DNA of 64,000 nucleotides. Source: an uncultured Dehalococcoidaceae bacterium (GTDB lineage Bacteria; Chloroflexota; Dehalococcoidia; Dehalococcoidales; RBG-16-60-22). Location of the stretch: NCBI GenBank assembly GCA_964638295.1, contig CAZWYS010000001.1:2144-66143 (forward strand), in the 5' to 3' direction. Position 1 is the stretch's first letter; each line of letters opens with the position of its first letter. Made by a program: the position numbers and the translations under genes. Shown here one piece after another: positions 27,501 to 34,810 of the stretch. The notes beneath the pieces were generated by a model. The model searched no databases. It saw only the letters and a program-made list of their open reading frames with translations, and had not been told where the DNA came from.

Positions 27501-29356
27501 CTACATATTCAGGCAGTATTAACTACTATGATGTGCCGTTCCGAATTGGCTTTTCCAGCTGGGGTGAATCCGACACCCAGATTGACGGCGTCATTGACGA
27601 GGTCCGTGTCTCCAATACCGCAAGAAGTGCGGAATGGATTAAGACTTCTCACACTAATCAGAGTGTCCCTTCTAATTTCTACAGCCTGGGAACCGAGGAG
27701 ACGGCAGCCGCGGAAGAAGGGATAAAAGACAGCACGTCAAATAATAATGACGGCGCCGCTTGCGGCGACATGAGCTCCGGCGACCAGGTAGCGGGTAAAA
27801 TTAACGGCTCTCTGAATTTTGACGGGGTTGATGAATATATTGACTGTGATAATGATGCGAGTTTGCAGATAACGGGCACCATGACTATTGAAGCCTGGTG
27901 TAAGCCAGACGTAACCGGAACATACGCTGGTATAGCCGGGAAATTGCGCTACGCTTCTGGGGATTATGCCGGTTACGCCTTAGCCAAACACGATACCAAT
28001 AAATTCCGCTTCGTGGTAGCCAGTAGTGACACTAGCGAAGTTATTGACAGCGACTCTACTTATGCAGAGACTGACTGGCATCACATCGTTGGCGTGCACC
28101 GGGGCACCACATTCTATCTGTATGTTGATGGAACCGAGCAGACCGCCACCGGAACAAGGGCAATAGAGGAAAGCAACCAGTATTTTCACATCGGAAGGCA
28201 ATATGCGGACTATGATGACAGATGGTGGTATGGCAAAATAGATGAAGTCCGTATCTCAAACACAGATAGAAGCGCCAAATGGATTAAAACCGAATACAAC
28301 AACCACAATGACCCTGCCAACTTCTGCAACCTGGGAACCGAGGAGACGACATCCGTGGAAGGGGGCATAAAAGACAGCACGTCAAATAATAATGACGGCA
28401 CCGCTGGTGGCGCAATGACTTCCGGTGACCAGGTAGCGGGGCAAATTAACGGTTCCCTGGATTTTGACGGCACCGATGACAGGATTACCATACCAAACTC
28501 AAGCAGCCTGGATGTGGGCAGTACCCTTACGGCTGAAGCGTGGGTTAAATGGGAGAGCGGTGGTACCCCGGGATGCTACGCCAGAATACTGGAACGAAAA
28601 ACCAACTGGCAGGCTAACAACGGCTGGACAATTAATATAGAATCGGGTGATGACAACGACCTCGAAATCCTGGGGAGCAGCAGTATAGTCGTCCAGACAC
28701 ACAGCATTGTGCCTTCCTGGTCAGCCGGAGGCTGGCACCATATCGTGGTAGCTTTTGATGGCAATACGGTCTACCCGTATGCCGATGGCGTAGCATTTAG
28801 CAGTGGTGGGATTACCACTGTCGTTGATAATGACAATAACCTGTTAATAGGGGAATACGGGGGAGGGGGTGACAACTGGAACGGCAAAATAGATGAAGTC
28901 CGCATCTCAGATATAACCAGAAGCGACGTCTGGATTAAGACCAGCTATAACAACCAGAGCGACCCGGCCAGTTTTAGTAATCTGGGAACTGAGGAGGCAG
29001 TGGAGGGCTGGGACCCGAGCGATAGATACCTCACCATGAAGGATAGCCTGGACTTGAGCTCCTACCTGACCGCCGGAGGGTTCCCCCTCATCCTCACCTG
29101 GACAAGCTGGGACAGTTCCGGCGGCACCGAACACGAGGCTATTTACAACATAGTCGGAGGAGTGCTGAGGCGAAGCTACTCGGTTGATGGCGGCGCCCCG
29201 ACGATAACCTTGATAGCCAAGCACATAGACGCCTATAACACCATTTGCCAGTTTGCCAGCGGCAGGCTTACCTTGACGGTAGCGGCAACCGTGGGGAGTG
29301 GCCCAACCGCCAGCAACGAAACGAGAGAATTCCAAGTGCTCACCATGCCGGACTAG
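24593..29356 (+). CDS. giant prepilin-type protein (1587 aa) with 3 DUF2341-like and 4 LamG/concanavalin-like modules
   Basis: N-terminus MKQRERG|FTILELLAVTAIIALV is a canonical prepilin cleavage/methylation motif. Three W(Q/E)CRREITIDH..FPVLV..DGADIRF..LPREIESY..LYAWVKV units. Four modules each ending IDEVR(V/I)S..RS..WIKT..NNQ. Confidence 0.85.
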   Translation: MKQRERGFTILELLAVTAIIALVANAALLTTFHVLRNSDRNANQMTATSQVQNAGYWISLDAQKAQSVEAASANETVVTVSWDHSEGGTLEPDDKLYFSFSDDSGSTWSSNFIAFSDDIGATPEPFSYVIPNKYLTTDFKMRFFVAFDASERAYIDNITVANVTEELFCDDCGDMDNWVNGANWYPYYTSEWGWEFRGDGAGGGLWYNEDWQCRREITIDHTKVEDVASPETTYADFPVLVYATGLSGAKADGADIRFTESDGITELPREIESYSSGTLYAWVKVNLTKDSGDSEDDVIYMYYGNDAATEPDLDSPYGAQNVWETNYKGVWHLSEDPSGTVPPADWYDGEWECRREITIDHTKVEDVADPEATYDEFPVLVCATGLSGVKADGADIRFTESDGITELSREIESYADGTLYAWVKVTLTKDSSDSEDDLFYMYYSNDAATEPAPDSTYGAQNVWEANYKGVWHLSEDPTGPHGWYNQDWQYCKKITIDHDKVEADLTDFPVLVSITDSDLRDQAKSDGSDIVFTSSDGTTKLKREIESYDDSTGTLVAWVKTGLSGSSDTELYIYYGNSGASETNDTDTWDTSFKGVWHLQETTGGANAIEDSTSNSNHGTDQGSPTLGATGKVDGSVGFDGTNDFIDAGDPASGSLDFGTGAFTASAWIKTTATTGTGGSRDDIIAKGDPTSSGYAMNSQNNKATFMVGNNLELAGTTSINNGAWHYIVGTRLAGGTVYVYVDGVSENTGSNTESVSTATNFIFGKHGTKSESYFPGTIDEVRVSNTARSAEWIKTSHNNQNAPSNFYSLGTEQTTAAEEGIKDSTSNNNDGATGGAMTSGDQVAGQINGSLDFDGTDDYINIPRDSTLEPTTAVTASTWFYWHDNNASYYGKILAKTTSSDTAPWISYVLEQNAGNQQIVAAINVNGTGHSTSAQSLTENEWHHLVLTWSSGDNIRFYIDGTQATSTSSTYSGSINYYDVPFRIGFSSWGESDTQIDGVIDEVRVSNTARSAEWIKTSHTNQSVPSNFYSLGTEETAAAEEGIKDSTSNNNDGAACGDMSSGDQVAGKINGSLNFDGVDEYIDCDNDASLQITGTMTIEAWCKPDVTGTYAGIAGKLRYASGDYAGYALAKHDTNKFRFVVASSDTSEVIDSDSTYAETDWHHIVGVHRGTTFYLYVDGTEQTATGTRAIEESNQYFHIGRQYADYDDRWWYGKIDEVRISNTDRSAKWIKTEYNNHNDPANFCNLGTEETTSVEGGIKDSTSNNNDGTAGGAMTSGDQVAGQINGSLDFDGTDDRITIPNSSSLDVGSTLTAEAWVKWESGGTPGCYARILERKTNWQANNGWTINIESGDDNDLEILGSSSIVVQTHSIVPSWSAGGWHHIVVAFDGNTVYPYADGVAFSSGGITTVVDNDNNLLIGEYGGGGDNWNGKIDEVRISDITRSDVWIKTSYNNQSDPASFSNLGTEEAVEGWDPSDRYLTMKDSLDLSSYLTAGGFPLILTWTSWDSSGGTEHEAIYNIVGGVLRRSYSVDGGAPTITLIAKHIDAYNTICQFASGRLTLTVAATVGSGPTASNETREFQVLTMPD
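25223..26023 (+). repeat. intragenic tandem duplication, two ~380-nt copies at a 420-nt (140-codon) period
   Basis: 25223-25603 versus 25643-26023 align without gaps. By manual count about 29 mismatches in about 380 nt. Confidence 0.85.
26930..28480 (+). repeat. three 240-nt near-identical LamG-junction repeats (26930-27169, 27596-27835, 28241-28480)
   Basis: Each spans ..IDEVRVSNTARSAEWIKT..GTEE..GIKDSTSNNNDG..GQINGSLDFDG. The core ataaaagacagcacgtcaaataataatgacggc is identical in all three, while the sequence between the copies is far more divergent. Confidence 0.8.
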
Positions 29357-29389
29357 CCGTCATTAAAGTTGTCAAGCGGGTAAGAGCTA

Positions 29390-32300
29390 ATGAAAAGGAT
29401 GTTAGATAAATTACTCAGAAAGGAAAAAGGGCAGGGGCTGGTGATAGTCCTCTGTCTTGTGGCGATAGGCGGGTTGATGATAGTCCCACTTTTGAACCAC
29501 ATGCACACCGGGCTCAGCTCCGGTCAAATCTATCGGGAGAGGATGGCACTTAAATATGCCGCTGAAGCCGGATTGCAGGACGGCATGTGGAAAACAGACA
29601 ACGATGCAGTACCGCTAGAACCTTACGACTACGCGACGGAGTACAACTATTCCCTGACTGAAGAGATTAATGACAAGTCGGTAAATGTTACCATAAAGCA
29701 AATCTGGCCCCTGAACGGCCTGGAGAGCGATGCGAATGGCACAACTCCAGCCAACGCGCTTTTGATAACAGGGGGCATCATCAGTGACTCGGGAGAATAC
29801 GAAGTCTGCCTCAGCTATGCTGACCCCGAGGTGGAATTACCAATAGACAAAGTAGCGGTGTGGCTACCCCCTGGCTTTGCATATGTCCCCAGTTCCAGTT
29901 CCGGTATTACCACCGACGACCCAACCGAGACCGAGTGGAACGGGGGTAAGACTCTAGAGTGGGATTTTGACCCGGCGATAAACTTCCTCGACCTACCAGA
30001 GCAGGAGCCACCAGAGCCCCTTCCCGGGGGCATGGAACCGGCAGTTGAGCACCCGGTAGAGCGAAGTTTGAATTTCAACGTAACGCCGGCAGGAGAGCTG
30101 GCTACCGGCAGCTACTCGTGGGTAAGAACAACCAACAGCGCCCGTTACCTGTCCTGGGAAAGCGGCATCACCATTTACCAGATTAACGCCACCGCCAGCG
30201 ATGACACTACGGGTAAGCACACCACGACTGAAAGTTATACTTACGTTAGCACGGGGGTGGTCGAGGGATGGCTGGACACCGGTGGCAGCCTCATGACGGG
30301 AGACTATCGAGCCGACGGCAATACCCTGATGAAAGACTACAATCAGGACCGGAGACGAGAAACGCTTCTCACGGATAGCAGCGCCACCATCAACGACATC
30401 CCATCGGATGCCGAGGTGGTCTTTGCTTACCTTTACTGGTCAGCCTGGAAAGACTACAGCGGTTCAATGGAGGCGGACAAGGTCTGCACATTCAGTATTG
30501 CGCCCCCTGACGAAGACTTAATCTTACGACCGAATGCTGTCGGCACATATTCCCAGTGCGACCCGTATTACGATTACCCTAACTACCGCTGCGTGGATGA
30601 GGAGACGTCCGATGGTAACTCTACCTATGTCAGGACAAGCAGTGGCGCCACAGAGATAGATACCTATAATATTGATAACCACGGTTCAGTCAGCGATACC
30701 GTAAACAGTATCACCATACATATAAGGTCCAGAGGCGACGGAGATTACCAATACCAGCATTCCGCTGAGACTGTCATCAGAACCCATGACACTGACTATT
30801 TTGACAGCTACATGTTACTGCCGTATTCTTACACCGGTATCTCAACAACCTACACGGTCAATCCCTATACCGGTTCAGCCTGGACCTGGGATGAAATTGA
30901 TGCCCTGGAAATCGGCGTAAGGCAAATTGATGGAGGCAATGGTCGTGCTTACACCACCCAGGTCTACGCTGGGGTTAACCACGGAGAGACCGAATATATG
31001 ACCACAATCTTGAGACCAAATGCCACCGGTGATGAGACCAGTATATCGGGGCAGTACCCGGACGAGGGAGCACACTGGGATAAGGTAAGCGAGGAAACGG
31101 CTGACGACTTTACCAGCTACGTGATAGCCCAAGGAGCAGCACCCGCCAACTGGTATGACCAAAACTGGGAATCCCGGGTACCGATAAACATCAACCACAC
31201 CAATGTTGCCGATGTCGCCGACCCAGCGACTGCCTACGCCAACCTCCCGGTCCTGGTGTACGCTACAGGGCTGTCCGGCATCAAAGCCGATGGCGCCGAT
31301 ATCCGCTTTACGGCATCGGACGGCACCACCGAGCTGCCGAGAGAAATAGAGCGCTATGCCGACGGCACCCTGTATGCCTGGGTAAAGGTCAATTTAACCA
31401 AAGACAGCGGTGATTCCAGCGACGATTTATTCTACATGTACTACGGCAATGACGCGGCTACCGAACCAGCCCCGGATTCCACCTACGGTGCCGAGAATGT
31501 CTGGAACAGCGGCTTCAAGATGGTGCAACACCTGAAAGACGAAACCATATCCAGCACCGCCGACAGCACCTCAAATGACAACGATGGGGCAAAAACAGCC
31601 GCTGCCTCACCGACAGAAACGGACGGGAAGATAAGCAAAGCGCAGGACTTTGACGGAAGCGATGATTTGATAAACGTTGCGGACAATGCCAGCCTGGATA
31701 TTACCAGCGCAATTACGGTTGAAGCGTGGGTAAAAGACGATATTTACACCTGGTCCGGGGAGCTACTCACCAACCCGGGGTTTGAGGATGGAAATTTCAA
31801 TGGCTGGACTACCCACGGGTGGCAATGGGAAGTCGGCCCTGAGGGTCCGTATGGGTCAGCCGGTACCCATACCGGCAGTTACTGTGCTTTCCGAGACAAT
31901 AATAGTGATCAAGGTGATTATATTCAACAGGATGCGGATGTAAGTGCCTACACGACTCAGATAGATGCAGGCACGGCACTATGCAAGGCTGGCGGGTGGA
32001 CAGTATCAGAACGCTACCAGGAGAACCCGACGGATGACCGATGCAAGATAATAATTCAGTATCTGAATTCAGCAAAGGAATTAATATCAACCCCCCTTGA
32101 CACGGGATGGCTGAATGAACCAAGCTGGACGGAACACAAGATAGTGGACGACGTGATTCCGGTGGGTACCAGATATGTTCGCATATGGACAACTACCGAA
32201 GAGGAAGATTGGGAGGACCCTTCTGGCAGCTTGGATGATTTTTCGGTACAAGTCGGGCTGCCAAGGAGCTACGTTGATAAAGGGACAGATGCTTATTCCT

Positions 32301-33661
32301 TGCAACCAGCGGCAAGTGGCACAACACTTAAGGGATATATCAGTGGCAATGTCATAACCGCTTCGGTTACCAACCCCACCGACTGGCACCATTGCGTCAT
32401 GACCTTTGATGGCACAGACCAGAAACTGTTTATTGACGGTGCCCTAGAGAATACCCTAAGCCCCGGTGGCGCAATTGTCACGAATGCACAGGACGTAGAG
32501 CTCGGGAGCAGTTTTGACGGCAAACTGGATGAAGCCCGCATCTCAGACACCGCCAGAAGCGCCGAGTGGATTGAAACCGAGTACAACAATCAGAGTGCCC
32601 CGTCCAATTTCTGCGTCCTGGGAGATGAGGAGTCAGCGACAACACCGCTCTACGAAAGGGATTTGTACGGGATTGAGAACCACACGATAAGCCCGGAACC
32701 CATACTCAAGGTTGCCGTTTACTTTCGTTTTTCCGGTGACACACAAGAGCCGGATGACTATACCGCTTACGCCAAAGCCGCTCTCAAGACTCACGGAGTG
32801 GTTTACCTGGGAAGCGAAGAAACCCAAGTGGGCCAGGGGTTCATCACCAACTCATACGAATGGCCAGTAAATCCCTACACCGGCGAAACCTGGACCTGGG
32901 ATGAAGTTGATGACCTGCAAGCGGGGCTTGAACTTAAAGGTGAACTTGGCGCCGAAGGTTACTGCACCCAGGTATATATTGAAGTCTCTTATTACCCGTT
33001 CCTACAAGAAGAGATAACTGCCGACAAATGGTGGCTTATTGAGAATCAAGCCCCCGACTATGCCTACTCCTGCTTCAAAGACGTGACCTACCTGGTGAAG
33101 CCAGTGGCGCCTCAGGGCAACGCAACCTACAATGTGGGTGAGGTGGAGGGAAGTACCGGGTCTGAGCTCTCTTACGCCGGCTGGTCCCTGATTATCATTT
33201 ATTCCAGCATCTCCGAACAGGGCCACCAGTTCTTCCTCTATGACCAGCTAATGTTCGCCGGCACCAACGCCTCGGGCAGCTTTACCATTGAAGGCTTCCA
33301 AGCCCCACCGAATGCCAGCGCCGAGCTAACCTGCTTCGTCGGTGAGGGAGATGACTGGTATAACGGTGATTACCTGCGGTTCAACGATACTTATCTGTCT
33401 GACGCCACCAATCCTGAGGATGACGTCTGGAACAGTAAAAGCAGTGGTCTTGAGGGACAGCTCATTGAAGGGGTGGATATTGATACCTTTGACGTCTCGA
33501 GCCCGATAATCAGTCAGGGAGATACTTCGGCTGAGTTAACGTTTACCACCGCCCAGGACAACTGGAACCTTATATATCTCATTTTAGCCTTTCGCAGCGA
33601 CCTCCCCGTGCTGACGCCGAGCGGCACCGGCATCTTTTCCTGGGGTATAGGTGGGGGGTAA
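29390..33661 (+). CDS. giant PilX-N-like membrane-anchored pilus-associated protein (1423 aa) with nested DUF2341 / LamG / CBM-like insertions
   Basis: N-terminus EKGQGLVIVLCLVAIGGLMIVPLL..(about 25 aa)..ALKYAAEAGLQDG fits the PilX N-terminal pattern (G..L-hydrophobic helix ... A..AAEAGl). Internal DUF2341-like, LamG-like (..LDEARISDTARSAEWIETEYNNQ) and NPGFEDGNFNGW carbohydrate-binding-like segments. Confidence 0.8.
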   Translation: MKRMLDKLLRKEKGQGLVIVLCLVAIGGLMIVPLLNHMHTGLSSGQIYRERMALKYAAEAGLQDGMWKTDNDAVPLEPYDYATEYNYSLTEEINDKSVNVTIKQIWPLNGLESDANGTTPANALLITGGIISDSGEYEVCLSYADPEVELPIDKVAVWLPPGFAYVPSSSSGITTDDPTETEWNGGKTLEWDFDPAINFLDLPEQEPPEPLPGGMEPAVEHPVERSLNFNVTPAGELATGSYSWVRTTNSARYLSWESGITIYQINATASDDTTGKHTTTESYTYVSTGVVEGWLDTGGSLMTGDYRADGNTLMKDYNQDRRRETLLTDSSATINDIPSDAEVVFAYLYWSAWKDYSGSMEADKVCTFSIAPPDEDLILRPNAVGTYSQCDPYYDYPNYRCVDEETSDGNSTYVRTSSGATEIDTYNIDNHGSVSDTVNSITIHIRSRGDGDYQYQHSAETVIRTHDTDYFDSYMLLPYSYTGISTTYTVNPYTGSAWTWDEIDALEIGVRQIDGGNGRAYTTQVYAGVNHGETEYMTTILRPNATGDETSISGQYPDEGAHWDKVSEETADDFTSYVIAQGAAPANWYDQNWESRVPININHTNVADVADPATAYANLPVLVYATGLSGIKADGADIRFTASDGTTELPREIERYADGTLYAWVKVNLTKDSGDSSDDLFYMYYGNDAATEPAPDSTYGAENVWNSGFKMVQHLKDETISSTADSTSNDNDGAKTAAASPTETDGKISKAQDFDGSDDLINVADNASLDITSAITVEAWVKDDIYTWSGELLTNPGFEDGNFNGWTTHGWQWEVGPEGPYGSAGTHTGSYCAFRDNNSDQGDYIQQDADVSAYTTQIDAGTALCKAGGWTVSERYQENPTDDRCKIIIQYLNSAKELISTPLDTGWLNEPSWTEHKIVDDVIPVGTRYVRIWTTTEEEDWEDPSGSLDDFSVQVGLPRSYVDKGTDAYSLQPAASGTTLKGYISGNVITASVTNPTDWHHCVMTFDGTDQKLFIDGALENTLSPGGAIVTNAQDVELGSSFDGKLDEARISDTARSAEWIETEYNNQSAPSNFCVLGDEESATTPLYERDLYGIENHTISPEPILKVAVYFRFSGDTQEPDDYTAYAKAALKTHGVVYLGSEETQVGQGFITNSYEWPVNPYTGETWTWDEVDDLQAGLELKGELGAEGYCTQVYIEVSYYPFLQEEITADKWWLIENQAPDYAYSCFKDVTYLVKPVAPQGNATYNVGEVEGSTGSELSYAGWSLIIIYSSISEQGHQFFLYDQLMFAGTNASGSFTIEGFQAPPNASAELTCFVGEGDDWYNGDYLRFNDTYLSDATNPEDDVWNSKSSGLEGQLIEGVDIDTFDVSSPIISQGDTSAELTFTTAQDNWNLIYLILAFRSDLPVLTPSGTGIFSWGIGGG
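31166..31505 (+). repeat. third copy of the DUF2341-encoding DNA repeat, in the neighbouring gene
   Basis: Shares long exact runs with the copies at 25223 and 25643. For example, ggcaccctgtatgcctgggtaaaggtcaatttaaccaaagacagcggtgattc is identical to copy 1, and ccagccccggattccacctacgg is identical to copy 2. Confidence 0.8.
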
Positions 33662-33868
33662 TCGCTAAGGGGCGACAGCTTCAAGCGACAAGAGCCAGCC
33701 AGTTATCTTAAAACTATCGTGAGTGATAGGATAGACAGCAAAGTTATCAAGTGTATAGTGATAGCTTTCAATACTCCTAGAGCTTGCCCCTTGTGGACGG
33801 GATATGATAAACTTCTCCAGTAACCCAGTTGTGAACTTTGGTGAACTTTTTCCCTCTGTTTGACTTGC

Positions 33869-33945
33869 GGCGCATTCGTCTAGGGGTTTAGGACACCTCC
33901 CTCTCAAGGAGGAGATCACCGGTTCGAATCCGGTATGCGCTACCA
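33869..33945 (+). tRNA. tRNA-Glu (anticodon CTC), CCA encoded
   Basis: Hand-folded: acceptor GGCGCAT/ATGCGCT (G1-U72 wobble), TC-GTC-TAGGGGTTTAG-GAC D arm typical of tRNA-Glu, anticodon stem CCTCC/GGAGG with loop CTCTCAA, T arm ACCGG-TTCGAAT-CCGGT. Confidence 0.85.
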
Positions 33946-33946
33946 A
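33925..33946 (+). repeat. 22-nt direct repeat, copy 1 (3' end of tRNA-Glu)
   Basis: cgaatccggtatgcgctaccaa, identical to 42177-42198. Confidence 0.9.
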
Positions 33947-34325
33947 AGCCCAAATAACCCCCTGTTTTGAAGCTAATTTAGGTAATTCTTTGTCCGTTAT
34001 GGTTCTGGCGTTATGCTTAGTATTTAGAGATATATCCATGGAGGACTGTAGAAAGGGGTATCCTTGTTACGGCTGACATAGACAAGTTAGCCGTAACGTT
34101 TGTTACAAGGCTACTGAGGCTAACAAGTTGTTATCCTCCGCTCGCATTCATATCTAACGGTTGTTATGAATCCGATGTTTTCAAGCGTAACGAATTGTCT
34201 CGCGTGATAGGCATAACAGCAGTTATCAAGCGTGACATGCCTAACGACCTAGAAGCTGCACTCGTGGTTATGCCTAGTAGTCGTAGCAATGTCCGTTATA
34301 GTGGCTAAATATTGAGTCTATCGAC

Positions 34326-34481
34326 TTATCGAGCACGATAGGCTCGATGACTTTTACCAAGCTCGAGATGCTTAATGCAGAAAATAACGTCTCTTATCTT
34401 TTGATGTATCGAAGGTAACGAGAAGATGAAAAGTTCGGCCAACTCTTTCAAATACTCCTCTAGCTTGGATAGGTCTGGCAT
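34326..34481 (-). CDS. possible small ORF (51 aa), unknown
   Basis: My own translation: MPDLSKLEEYLKELAELFIFSLPSIHQKIRDVIFCIKHLELGKSHRAYRAR. GGAGG lies 5 nt upstream. It is the only SD-led ORF in an otherwise empty 0.86 kb. Confidence 0.2.
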   Translation of the reverse strand: MPDLSKLEEYLKELAELFIFSLPSIHQKIRDVIFCIKHLELGKSHRAYRAR

Positions 34482-34810
34482 ATAGCCTCCTCGCCGAGTT
34501 TATGGCAAAGAAGATTGTACGCTTAGAAAAAGGGGTAGTCAAGCCCTAGAGGATGTCGCTTGAAAGAGTGATTTTGGTGTAAGTGACAGGGGGCAGATGA
34601 AGTCAGCCGTACAAAGGAATGCAGCGTGAAAAGAGCTGACGTGAAGTGTTATACCTGCAAAGCTTGCCGTTGGGGTACGAAAGCAAAAGCCGAGGTGACG
34701 GGAGGTGGAATCTAGCTTATGTAACTTCTTGACGTTTTGTGCAATCCCTTGACTCTATTATCTTATAGAGCAAAATAGCGAAAATAATACTCAGAAAGAG
34801 GAGGTAAATA

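Noticed and set aside
26930-28480. Possibility that the LamG junction repeats are template/variable repeats of a diversity-generating retroelement
   Set aside because: No reverse transcriptase gene is nearby. Differences between the copies are not adenine-specific (e.g. gccactggtggcgcgatgacttct versus gccgcttgcggcgacatgagctcc). The repeats also cover conserved junctions rather than variable ligand-binding tips.
33665-34039. 124-aa minus-strand ORF
   Set aside because: It runs straight through tRNA-Glu (its peptide ..HTGFEPVISSLRGRCPKPLDE.. is just the translated tRNA), so it is spurious.
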